From the IMG/VR virus record IMGVR_UViG_3300048597_000653, positions 1-53,624 of that record: 53,624 bases of DNA; one strand, given 5' to 3'. The stretch comes from a virus (Duplodnaviria; Heunggongvirae; Uroviricota; Caudoviricetes). How positions within the stretch are numbered: position 1 is the first letter of the stretch; every line of letters starts with the position of its first letter. The position numbers and the translations under genes are program-made. Positions 9,711-19,194 of the stretch are shown here, piece after piece. The notes under the pieces were generated by a model. It was not told the DNA's origin. It was given only the letters and a program-made list of their open reading frames with translations, and made no database searches.

Positions 9711-9996
9711 CCCTTTTTATCTGCTTGAAACCTCGTCGCTCGTCAATGATTTTGGCGCAAAACTACTAATAATGCAACGGCGGAGATGCGTAAGTTGTGT
9801 CTGGTTAAAGCTTTATGTTACGCAATCCATTAAGTCCTTGACAAATCCCCGTATTTTGACAACTAATCGACGCAAGTCATTTCCAATACACCATTTATCG
9901 ATTTGTGTCCGAGGCGATCAAAACTACTTGGCGTAATTTCCCAGGACCGCTAGATTAGACTTTCTAATCATAGGATTCGTTCGGGGAGGAAGTTAG

Positions 9997-10635
9997 ATGC
10001 TGTTTTCCTGCGGGGGGTTCTGTAGGCGACGTGCACGACGCGGGGGCCGAGCCGTACCCAGCGCTCGTCGGAAGGAATTCAAGAGTCACCGGATCAATCT
10101 TTCGCCAGACGCATTTTGCAAAGAAAATTATGCCTATTCGCTAACCGTAGCTGATCCCGGTTTAGCTCGTGGGCCCGGCGATGCTCTCTCTCGCGAAGCT
10201 ATAGAATGCGTCGGCGCGACGATTTCAACGCAATTTGAAAATGAAATCGCTTCTAGATACTGCCGCGGACTAAAAACCCATCAAGCAGAGTGGTTTCCAG
10301 ACTACGACACGTGCGTTGTGAGTAGCACAATCGCGAAGGATCTTAGGCTTACACCAGGGCATGCTGCTATCTTATTCATTCTAAACTCGGTCGGACAAGT
10401 ACATCCAATTCGAGTTCACATTGATGAAGTAAATGATGAATATGGTCACGATCTATTTTGGATTTCATCGGCGGCAGTGGACGAAGCATTCAACTATGAC
10501 CGAATCGCAGTAAATAAGAGTGGGCCCAACGAATTGATCCTTCAGGCCATCAATTCAAAGGTTATCAGGCGTGATTTTAGACATCTGTTTGGAGCGGTGC
10601 GCAAAGTCATCGCTAGAATTCCAACGTTTTTTTGA
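9997..10635 (+). CDS. hypothetical protein (start uncertain)
   Basis: 212-aa ORF in AT-richer cargo; the N-terminal ~30 aa look non-coding. Confidence 0.45.
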   Translation: MLFSCGGFCRRRARRGGRAVPSARRKEFKSHRINLSPDAFCKENYAYSLTVADPGLARGPGDALSREAIECVGATISTQFENEIASRYCRGLKTHQAEWFPDYDTCVVSSTIAKDLRLTPGHAAILFILNSVGQVHPIRVHIDEVNDEYGHDLFWISSAAVDEAFNYDRIAVNKSGPNELILQAINSKVIRRDFRHLFGAVRKVIARIPTFF

Positions 10636-10950
10636 TCCACCATTTCACGTGTAACTACATTGTTGTGTATTCACTAGGCTCCTAGTTCGTTAAATGACAT
10701 CACGTCAGAATCACGAGGTCCGCCAGCTCCAGTCGGGGCAGGTTGAGATCGCCTCACAGGTCATTAGCAGGCCAAGATGGATTTAATCTGAGAAAGTCAT
10801 CCGGCGCCGCCAAGCTTTCTCCCTTCACTCGATGTCTGTGCCTGACATGAAGGCACTGATATTGCGGACGCCAAGCTCATAATCCGGCGTCGTTCGAGCA
10901 TTTGGCTTTTTGGGTATGACGCGAACCTATAATCGCTAGGCGCAGGGTAC

Positions 10951-11320
10951 GTGGTTGATCGAACGAACACCGTCGGCGCGCTGGCAAACTACCACGCCTC
11001 CGGATGCGTTGCAGGCCAGCGGCTTTGTGGCCCCGCTGACCGTGGAGGGCGCGATCTATGGATCGCTGTTCCGCGGGTCGAACAGCATCTCGTCCCGGCC
11101 TTAGTAAGACCAGGCGACGTGGTCGCGATGGACAATCTCTCTAGTCACAACAATAAAAGGAATCCGCGAAGCGATTGATGCGGCAGGTGCCGAGCGTTAG
11201 CTGCCGCCGTATTCACCCCACCTAAACCCAATCGAGTTCACCCCACCTAAACCCAATCGAGTTCACCCCACCTAAACCCAATCGAGTTGGGCTGAAGAAA
11301 GTCCTGCGCGACGGCCCGCG
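10951..11320 (+). pseudogene. IS630-family transposase remnant
   Basis: APLTVEGAIYGSLF, frameshift to VEQHLVPALVRPGDVVAMDNLSSH, then AAGAER*LPPYSPHLNPIE. Confidence 0.8.
11212..11286 (+). repeat. 3 x 25-bp perfect tandem repeat
   Basis: ttcaccccacctaaacccaatcgag at 11212, 11237, 11262. Confidence 0.95.
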
Positions 11321-11839
11321 CGGATGGCCGATTAGCTCTGGAATCCCTGCGGCCGGCTGATCGAAGTGGTCCGCGAGCCCGAGGGCCGCCTTTACTTCAA
11401 GCACTGCGGACAACTTCTCACTTAGCGTGGAGACGCACTACACAGATTTCCGTCTTATGATCGACAGCCACTTGAGCGGGTTGCCAGCCTTCGTGCGATT
11501 GAACACGAAATCAATTTGCTCCAGCGGTTATGAGGGTCATATTGAAGGTCAGCATGGTCGCCATACCGGAGCAGATCCCGTGAACGCTGAGTGAACCGGA
11601 AGCAATTCCGGGGTCGTAACGATTCGCCAGGCCTGCAACAGATTGGTCACCGCTGAAAAACTACCCCGGTGCGAAGACTGCCTCGGTTATTTGCGTCACT
11701 CGCATTGTTTTCCAAGTTAGATGCGTGCCTCTCAAGTACGTAAGCCAAGTCGCGACGCAAAAAAGAATGCTCGCTAGCGATGCTAGCGCACATCAACAAC
11801 CCCATTCCACTTGACCCAAACTGTCGCTTATGCTAGTGG

Positions 11840-12256
11840 ATGACTTCTTACCAATTGCAAGGAGGCAAAGGTATGACCAAATCATCGTACGCCGCCGGCC
11901 TATCGGCAAGCCGCAGCTCTGGATCGCGAACGCTGGCCGACTTCTTATTTCCGTTATCGAATCGGAAGGTCCGCAAAGAGTTGGAAGAGTTTCGTATCGC
12001 ATACGAAGAGACTCACGGGCCTACTGATCTCACCAAGCGATATACGTCGGTCTGGCCAACCGCCGACCAGGAATGGCTAACGGCGAATGAACCGAAGCGA
12101 TATTTCGATGGGTTACCACCATTCGCGCAAGCGTACATAAAGGCAAACATGGAAGCTGCGGCTGAAGTGGGAAAGTTGGACGACATGCCCTCGTGTTACC
12201 TCAAGGTCTTTGTTGGCGGACACATGGCCGCGATCAGTGGGCCATCGCTGCCGTAG
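11840..12256 (+). CDS. hypothetical protein
   Basis: 138-aa ORF whose stop abuts the stop of the convergent ATPase gene. Confidence 0.55.
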   Translation: MTSYQLQGGKGMTKSSYAAGLSASRSSGSRTLADFLFPLSNRKVRKELEEFRIAYEETHGPTDLTKRYTSVWPTADQEWLTANEPKRYFDGLPPFAQAYIKANMEAAAEVGKLDDMPSCYLKVFVGGHMAAISGPSLP

Positions 12257-15151
12257 TTAATGCGCACTTACCGACCGCTTCCGCTTTGACCGCTTGCTAG
12301 CTTCCTTCGAAAGCAGCCTATTTGTTTTCGACGGCCTTAGATGACTTTTAGACTTTGTTCTACTGGAGCGAGTCGTCTCAGCCTCTTGGCTTGGTGACCA
12401 CACCTCGTTCGAGTCACCACGGATATTTGTTTTGGGCAACTCCTGCAAGAACTCGCCTGATTGCAGTCTGGAACGACCGCGCAACATTTGGGTGACAAAC
12501 TCATCTGCGTCTACATGCATATCCAGTTGCGCACGCGATGGAAGCGATGCCTTCTCGATTCGTCCATCCATTGGTTGGCACATACGCAGAATTGCTTCCA
12601 TTGATCGCATTCCGTGTCGATAACGGTTGACGGTTAACATCGCATAAACAATATCGTCATCAATATTTGCCAAATCAACGCGGTGCTCACCAACGGATCT
12701 TGCGATAGTTAAGCCACGGCCCTCGATAAGCCCTCGCAACGTTATTGCGCGACGTATGATGTGCTTGGTCTCGCCGGGTCTACTATTCGCAGGTAATATG
12801 TCGATGTGGCCACCCAACCGACTAACGAAGTCGGGGCCTTTCTGCTGTCGAAACCTACGTTCAGACCGCTTGTCGCGAGTTTGGACGAACTGCCTAAAAC
12901 TATCGCAAACTCCGCCGGCAAACACAAAGATACCAGGACCGATGCTTACAGTCTGGCGCGCACCATAGTACGTACCATCGTTCATTGGCGCCAAAAAATA
13001 TTTGAGCCATCCAAAGGGCTTGCCGTTGAAAGGGCAATCAAACTCATCAAAAAACACCAAAGGTGTTTTGCCTTCGTTGTTTATACTCGCCACTCGAACA
13101 AACGCGTCAGCTAGTTGATCTGCAGCCTGGAGCTGCGCCATATTGTACTCAATAATCTCCAGCGCGCGTCGCGACTTCTTTATCGACGCATTTACGTCTT
13201 CGGCAATCTGTTTCACCGTAAATGACTTACCGGAGCCAGGCGGACCGAATACTGCCACGGAGATTGGTCGAGTAAACGGATCGCCGTTTTTTAGGTTCTC
13301 CAGATAGCCTTTCATCAAATTGCGAATACTATTCAAGCTCTCAATCTCATCTCGCTCTATTACAGTCAGGCGACCAAACTTTCGAATCGGCGCATAAATA
13401 GCTTGAAGCAATCGCGTTGAGGCACTAACCTCTGCGGTGCCCCGTAACTCTCGTGGTTGTGTCGCCACCTTCGCGTACTGACCCTCAGCAACCGTTACGT
13501 TGTCTGGTATTTCATGTCCGGCGCAAGGGGGACGCGTGAGTACCGATCGTATTTGCGCATCGAACAGCTGCGTTTCCTCCTGGGCCGTCGGAGCCAATGC
13601 GTCAGGCGGACATGGCACCTCCTCGTGAAAATCCCTATTTAACACGAGATTCTGGCCAAATGACACAATCCCCTGACCGATATTGATTCGTAGAACAGCT
13701 GGATCCAGATGCGAAGCACTTGCGAGGCTTAGTGACTTGCCAAGTATGTTCCATCTCGTATCTGGTCGCTGTCGTTGCATGCAACTAGCGACAACATCGG
13801 TCGGGAGCGAAAAATGTCCAAGAACTCGCTCATTATCATTGTAGGGCGACGGCGGAGTGTATCCTTCTAAAATTACTTCCTTGGCCGGCTTAATAAGCAA
13901 TCTTATAAACTCTTCACCAAGAGCCGTGGTGCTCTGAGAGCGATCGCCGCCGCTTGCCGTGGGGATCTTCGGAGTCTGATAACCATTCTCATAAACCTTC
14001 ACGATACTTTGAAGGCCGGTTTTTAATGACCTGACGAACACTTGGCGGAGGTCGCCAAATCGACCACGAGGCGAGTGCGCACGAAAGCTATCCACAAGCG
14101 CAGCGCTCAACAGAACGTTATTCCCAAACAGCTGGCCATCTTCTAGTGGATCGCGATAAATCATTTCTCTCGCCGCGGGAGCAAATACGAGATCGGCTGT
14201 TCGACAGCGTTCTGTCGTCATGATGTGAATAGCAGCGACCATCCCGAAACGAATCACGACATGGCGAAACTGACATAAGAGCGCGAGCTGGTCGCAGGAG
14301 CCAATTTCTGCAAGCAGGTCCTCTGCTGTTTGCTCCCAAGATAGTCGCCGGCTGATTGACAGGCCTGCGCTTCGAAGCACATCCGCTGAACATACGACGC
14401 ACACAGCTTGCGGCTCGGAAGCGAGAACATTCCATAGAGCCATGTTTTTTGGGAAGCAAAGGGCTCCTTTGCGATCGCGGTCGGCACGAGGAAGGTCGTG
14501 GCTCATATTTACGACGATGCGGGGAATAACTCGATCTCGACCGGACTCCGAATTGCCACGGTTGGAATCAAGGTGGTAGCGAGCCAATGCGGCGGCTGCG
14601 AGACCACAGGCGGAAACTGTGCGATGCCCGTTCTTCTTAGGGATACGCTTGGGGTATTCTCGCCACTCATGTGAGCCGTCGTGGATCATCAGCAGATCCA
14701 TGCGCGGGCGGGCGGCGAGCTGCGATACGTTGTCGGCCGCGAATAGGTCGACCAGATTGTCGTACGGTGTGAAATTGTCGCGACTCACCGTCGTCGTAAT
14801 ATTATCGATCGGCTCAGTTTGGCTAGCGCGCAGCACTGAGCGACGCTTTTGCACGTTGCTGTGATGCGTTCGTAGATGAATTAGGTGTCGCTTATGAAAT
14901 AAGAACGCTCCTTCGTTCCGTGCTTTTCTTATTCTTGGATGGGTCAAGGTGCGTATCTCATACTGTGTGCCGTCAAAGATGTGTTGAAAGACGACTCCCG
15001 AAAAGGCTGCACCAGACGGAACATCAATATCGATCGCCGCTTCTGGAAGTGGTGTTCGGCGATCTTTTGAAAGATAACCCTTCTCTGTTCGTGTGTAGAT
15101 GTCGTATCCAGCATCACCAATAATAAAAATCCTGAAAGGCTCTTTTGTCAT
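12257..15151 (-). CDS. large AAA+ ATPase with degenerate PfkB/HldE-like N-terminal region
   Basis: Walker A FGPPGSGKSF, Walker B VFFDEFD, WLKYFLAPMNDG, PDFVSRL, HGMRSMEAI; N-terminal IFIIGDAGYDIY. Confidence 0.8.
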   Translation of the reverse strand: MTKEPFRIFIIGDAGYDIYTRTEKGYLSKDRRTPLPEAAIDIDVPSGAAFSGVVFQHIFDGTQYEIRTLTHPRIRKARNEGAFLFHKRHLIHLRTHHSNVQKRRSVLRASQTEPIDNITTTVSRDNFTPYDNLVDLFAADNVSQLAARPRMDLLMIHDGSHEWREYPKRIPKKNGHRTVSACGLAAAALARYHLDSNRGNSESGRDRVIPRIVVNMSHDLPRADRDRKGALCFPKNMALWNVLASEPQAVCVVCSADVLRSAGLSISRRLSWEQTAEDLLAEIGSCDQLALLCQFRHVVIRFGMVAAIHIMTTERCRTADLVFAPAAREMIYRDPLEDGQLFGNNVLLSAALVDSFRAHSPRGRFGDLRQVFVRSLKTGLQSIVKVYENGYQTPKIPTASGGDRSQSTTALGEEFIRLLIKPAKEVILEGYTPPSPYNDNERVLGHFSLPTDVVASCMQRQRPDTRWNILGKSLSLASASHLDPAVLRINIGQGIVSFGQNLVLNRDFHEEVPCPPDALAPTAQEETQLFDAQIRSVLTRPPCAGHEIPDNVTVAEGQYAKVATQPRELRGTAEVSASTRLLQAIYAPIRKFGRLTVIERDEIESLNSIRNLMKGYLENLKNGDPFTRPISVAVFGPPGSGKSFTVKQIAEDVNASIKKSRRALEIIEYNMAQLQAADQLADAFVRVASINNEGKTPLVFFDEFDCPFNGKPFGWLKYFLAPMNDGTYYGARQTVSIGPGIFVFAGGVCDSFRQFVQTRDKRSERRFRQQKGPDFVSRLGGHIDILPANSRPGETKHIIRRAITLRGLIEGRGLTIARSVGEHRVDLANIDDDIVYAMLTVNRYRHGMRSMEAILRMCQPMDGRIEKASLPSRAQLDMHVDADEFVTQMLRGRSRLQSGEFLQELPKTNIRGDSNEVWSPSQEAETTRSSRTKSKSHLRPSKTNRLLSKEASKRSKRKRSVSAH

Positions 15152-15424
15152 GGCCGTGTCCCTTATAGTCAGTGTGTTACAGGGCTGCTCCCGACATGGC
15201 TCGTAAAAGTCCTAGGCCAATACATTAGAGTACAGAAATGGCGCTTGCAAGAAAATGAGAGCATACGGTCGCTGAGATGGGAAAGTTGCGCTGGCTTTGC
15301 GGATCGTCAGTCGTCGAGTGTGACGATTCGGGCCGTAAGAGCATCCTCTGAGCTAGACGGTGCGGCGTTCCTCTCACTTAGGGTGTTACTATTCATCGCA
15401 CTCTTCAAAGCAACGGACCGACGT

Positions 15425-16510
15425 TCATTTAGTCATCATCGGCGGCACAAGTCGACAGTTAGGATCACCTCCCAGTGCCATCAGCAGCCCGAGATAGACG
15501 TAATCCGAAAAGCTCATTTGACGCCCCCAATCCTTTTCCATCCAATCGATGTTGGTGTTGGGCATACAGACACTTGTCGGCCGAAAGCCAAAGCTCATGA
15601 TGCGGTCTCGGTTGGCAGGCGTGCCGGCAAAACTCAGCATGCGAAAACGCCCCCGCGCCCGATCACGGTGGGGATTGGAAAGAATCGCCTGCTGGCTCAA
15701 GGCTGCGATGAGGGTGCTGCGGGTATGATTCCCCGCTTCGCCTCCTACCAGCGGCAGGCGCTCTCCAACCATCTCGACGAGTAAGTTGGGTGAGGGGCGT
15801 CGCAATTCTTCGGGACGAATGTCGTAGCTCATTCGATTCCCGCTTCTAAGTGAATTGTAAGCGGCGTCCGTTAGCGGCAGCACGATGCTCATTCCCACAG
15901 GTGCTTTGCGGCCCTTGACTCGTATAACCGTCCAAGGATCGTATTGCCACCAAGCAACCGCTTTGTGGACATAGTCGTCCAGACTGATTCGCATATGGTC
16001 CGCGGCGATGGAGATCGACTCTTTGTGCCAGAGATCCTGCTTTTCGGAAATGTGCCGGGCCACCAGCACGTACATCCATTTGACCACTTCGGCTACATCC
16101 GATTCGCTGCGACATGGGCTGATACTGCTTTCGACTGTTGTCATCGAACTGACGGCATCCCAAATACCGTGAACTCCTCGCTGGAGCAGGTCATGTTCGC
16201 CGTCTTCTAGCAGCATCGAGGCGATCTTTTCGGCCGATTGCCCGAGCCAATCCGTCCCGCCCAGCAATTCAATTAGCACGGCACGCGCCGCTTCGCATTC
16301 AGCGTCTCCGCCCTGGAGATATCGCACAAAGCGAACCACGTACATGGCCCGCACGCCGTAGCCACCGATCATCTGGGCGTAGATGCCGTTTTTGATCCCC
16401 TGATCATACTGTTTGACCCACTTCAGGAAGGCACTGGCCGCAGGCCAAGCTTGGTGGGAATCCATCATTTCTCGGAACGACGTTTTAAGACGGCGAGTTG
16501 CTCGCACCAT
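15425..16510 (-). CDS. hypothetical protein, possible C-terminal GNAT-like fold
   Basis: VGMSIVLPLTDAAYNSLRSG and FAGTPANRDRIMSFGF resemble degenerate GNAT strand/helix motifs. Confidence 0.55.
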   Translation of the reverse strand: MVRATRRLKTSFREMMDSHQAWPAASAFLKWVKQYDQGIKNGIYAQMIGGYGVRAMYVVRFVRYLQGGDAECEAARAVLIELLGGTDWLGQSAEKIASMLLEDGEHDLLQRGVHGIWDAVSSMTTVESSISPCRSESDVAEVVKWMYVLVARHISEKQDLWHKESISIAADHMRISLDDYVHKAVAWWQYDPWTVIRVKGRKAPVGMSIVLPLTDAAYNSLRSGNRMSYDIRPEELRRPSPNLLVEMVGERLPLVGGEAGNHTRSTLIAALSQQAILSNPHRDRARGRFRMLSFAGTPANRDRIMSFGFRPTSVCMPNTNIDWMEKDWGRQMSFSDYVYLGLLMALGGDPNCRLVPPMMTK

Positions 16511-16601
16511 CGAATGCCCCTTTGAAAATGCGGTTCATTTCCCTGTCTGAACTGCTACGCAAGATGTCTTAGGAAGGTTGTGAAACTTCTTTTGACATGA
16601 T

Positions 16602-16620
16602 GCTGTCACGTCATGACAGC
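16602..16620. promoter_or_regulatory. palindromic operator candidate
   Basis: GCTGTCA-N5-TGACAGC next to TTGACA (16592-16597), between divergent genes. Confidence 0.4.
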
Positions 16621-16791
16621 GATTGGCACTCTACGGCCTTGCGTGGGACACATGTTTTCCCCGTTCTTCCCCGTCCTGTTGTCCTTGCTCCGAACAATCC
16701 ATCCGAGCGGCAAAAAAACGACTGCTCAGCAACTCGCCGTACCCAGGCCGCGGCGAACCGCTTCAAAGACCGGCCTGCGAAAGGAAACGTC

Positions 16792-16998
16792 GTGTTGATA
16801 CCACTGCTTTGCCTATTGGCGATGGGGACAGGTACCGCCGGACTGATCTGGTACGAGAACTTGGACTCAGATCAAAAGCGGCGGGCAGACCGCTTGGCCG
16901 AGGCGTACGCCCAAGATTTGTACGCCAAGGGCGTGCCTCAACTGCAGCGGCACGAGGCCTACGAGGTCCACCGCCTCGTGCGCGGGCATTTTGGCTGA
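16792..16998 (+). CDS. small membrane-anchored protein
   Basis: AAGGA RBS then GTG; N-terminal hydrophobic LIPLLCLLAMGTGTAGLIW. Confidence 0.6.
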   Translation: MLIPLLCLLAMGTGTAGLIWYENLDSDQKRRADRLAEAYAQDLYAKGVPQLQRHEAYEVHRLVRGHFG

Positions 16999-17080
16999 TT
17001 CGGCTCGATGGCAGGACGGGCCGAGTCGATCGGCATCGGCCCGTCCTAGGGTTTTTACCCCAACCCAAGGAGATTCCACG

Positions 17081-17638
17081 ATGTCCGTCGAAACAGCCAG
17101 CGAAGAACGGGCGCCGCCGTTTCGGCTCGGCGCCTATCTGCTGTACCTGGCATGGCAGGTGACGACCAAGTGCGTACTAGGAGTCGTGTATCTAGCAGTG
17201 ATAGCAGAAGGCTTACGCATCGTCATCCCGCCCTTGTCGCAAAAGTTACACAAGCTACCGGGGCTCGCGATCCTCGATCGGTTCGAGACCACGTACCAAG
17301 TCGATCTGGCCAACATCTTCGCCGTGTTCTTGCTGCTGGCTGTCTGGGCACTGTGGGACAGGTGCTTGCGAATTTGGCTCGACGTGCCTGCGCACTGCCA
17401 TCCCTCCTGGAACCCGGAGCGCTACCGCCAATTCATCGTTGTGATGGGCAGCATCGTGCTGTTCAGCGATGCAATGCTTTTTTACTTCGCCATGGGAACC
17501 ATGTCATGGGGAGGCTCCCAGTTTTCGCTGGGAGCCCTCCTGGCCACGGCCGCGTACCTGGCCGTGATCATTTTTGCCAGTTTTGTGGGCGTGTCTTTAC
17601 ACCAACGCATCAGCGATGCAATGGAGGATTACCCATGA
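17081..17638 (+). CDS. multi-pass membrane protein
   Basis: AAGGAG RBS; about 4 hydrophobic segments. Confidence 0.8.
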   Translation: MSVETASEERAPPFRLGAYLLYLAWQVTTKCVLGVVYLAVIAEGLRIVIPPLSQKLHKLPGLAILDRFETTYQVDLANIFAVFLLLAVWALWDRCLRIWLDVPAHCHPSWNPERYRQFIVVMGSIVLFSDAMLFYFAMGTMSWGGSQFSLGALLATAAYLAVIIFASFVGVSLHQRISDAMEDYP

Positions 17639-18354
17639 TCAGTCCCAAAGCAGCGATGATTTCTACGGGCGTCATTGTTGGAGTGATGTGGCTCATGCTC
17701 GCCTCAAAAATCGATTCCGCTCCGCGGGATCGCACGTCACGAGAGGAGCCCGTGTTCGAGGAACAGACGCACGACAGCACGCTCACTATCATTCTAGATT
17801 TATCGACTTCATGTGAGCAATTGATGTCTCCTGACGGACAGGGATATGAGTTGATGCTCAAGCTGATCGATCGCTACTTCCGCAGCCGACTCGGCACGGG
17901 CGATCAGTTGATTTTGGCGAAGATTTGTGGCAATGACCGCGCGCTCCTCTGGGAAGGCACCCCCTTGGAATTGCGACGGCGGTTTCGCTCGGCATCGTCA
18001 TTCAGGCAGTTCCTACTGGACCATGCCGATCCAAATGGATCGCGTGTATACGCCGGAGTAACGCGCGCCGTCGAGTACGCTCTTGCCCGCCAAGGTAAAA
18101 GTGCCACAGAAGCGAAGAACGCCTGCTTGATTCTGTCGGACTTCGTCGAAAACGATCCGACGCAAAAAGGCTCGGCCGGCAAGATGTTCGAGACGCTGGC
18201 CAAGTACAGCGAAGCGGGGGGCGCAATCGGCTTCTATTTTGTGGACCAGGCCATTTGCCCGTACCTCGAAAAACACCTGGCCGAACACGGCATCAAGAAC
18301 TTCTGCGTTCAGTCGGAAGTCGTCGCTTCGCCCGTTCTTCCCAATCTCGATTAA
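17635..18354 (+). CDS. membrane-anchored vWA-like protein
   Basis: ATGA overlap; N-terminal TM; IILDLSTS (MIDAS DxSxS) and LILSDFVEND. Confidence 0.7.
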   Translation: MISPKAAMISTGVIVGVMWLMLASKIDSAPRDRTSREEPVFEEQTHDSTLTIILDLSTSCEQLMSPDGQGYELMLKLIDRYFRSRLGTGDQLILAKICGNDRALLWEGTPLELRRRFRSASSFRQFLLDHADPNGSRVYAGVTRAVEYALARQGKSATEAKNACLILSDFVENDPTQKGSAGKMFETLAKYSEAGGAIGFYFVDQAICPYLEKHLAEHGIKNFCVQSEVVASPVLPNLD

Positions 18355-18373
18355 CTCCTCTTGGAGATTCGAC

Positions 18374-19177
18374 ATGCTCGTTAAACAGATTCCTTTGGCG
18401 CTGGTGAGACGTAATAACATCCGCACCAAGCGCGATGCCCAAAAACTTGCCAACCTGAAACAGTCGATTGCTACCCTTGGCCAGCTATATCCGATCCTGG
18501 TGTTTGCCCTGCATGGCCTGTTTGAGGTGATCGACGGCCATGGCCGGGTGGAGGCATGTGAAGAACTGGGAATGGAGACCATTGCCGCCCTGGTGCAGGA
18601 GGGCCCCACGAGCGAGGACCACCATCTGCACAAGGCCTTGGTCAGCAATGTGCAGCGAGAGGGCCTTTCGCCGGTCGATATGGCCAAGGCCACCTCGCGT
18701 CTGATGGAGCTCAATAGCTGGAACGCTTCCCAAGTTGCTCAGCAGTTGGGTTTGTCGGTCTCGGCCATTACGAAATCTTTGTCCATTTTGAAACTGCCGG
18801 CCGAAATCGTTGAGCAGATCGAGTCGCGAAAGATTCTCGCCTCTGCCGCCTATGAGCTTTCGCGCATCACCGATCCGCAAAAACAGGCCGAATTGGCAAA
18901 GCGCTTGGCCTGCGGTCAGCTCACCCGTGATGGTTTAGCGCAGAAGCGACAACGTGCAACCTCTTCGCGCCAAGCGACGAAAGCCAGTGGTAAGCGGGCC
19001 GTCGTTTACCTGACGCCGGGCTCCACGCTCACGCTTTCCGGTAAGTCCTTGGATTTCGAGAACTTCATCACGGCCTGCGAGATAGCCGCCGCGCAAGCCA
19101 AGAAGGCCCGCCAGCAAAAGCTCTCGTTTGCAACATTTCTGCTGGCCACACGCGATCAGGCTGTCGCCGCCCCATAA
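18374..19177 (+). CDS. ParB/RepB/Spo0J family protein
   Basis: LKQSIATLGQLYPILV, VIDGHGRVEAC, ALVSNVQREGLSPVDMA, HTH QVAQQLGLSVSAITKSL. Confidence 0.9.
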   Translation: MLVKQIPLALVRRNNIRTKRDAQKLANLKQSIATLGQLYPILVFALHGLFEVIDGHGRVEACEELGMETIAALVQEGPTSEDHHLHKALVSNVQREGLSPVDMAKATSRLMELNSWNASQVAQQLGLSVSAITKSLSILKLPAEIVEQIESRKILASAAYELSRITDPQKQAELAKRLACGQLTRDGLAQKRQRATSSRQATKASGKRAVVYLTPGSTLTLSGKSLDFENFITACEIAAAQAKKARQQKLSFATFLLATRDQAVAAP

Positions 19178-19194
19178 CCAGTCGGGAGCCCGGA

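Noticed and set aside
11212-11286. Mini CRISPR array
   Set aside because: Repeats are directly adjacent with no spacers and encode the IS630 SPxLNPIE motif; no cas genes
11840-12256. Detached RyR domain partner of the AAA ATPase
   Set aside because: Lacks the H..W...GW.YG and HP.LVP[YW] motifs
17152-17634. N-terminal 160 aa of the 400-aa vWA ORF
   Set aside because: Overlaps the membrane-protein gene in another frame; the real start is ATG 17635
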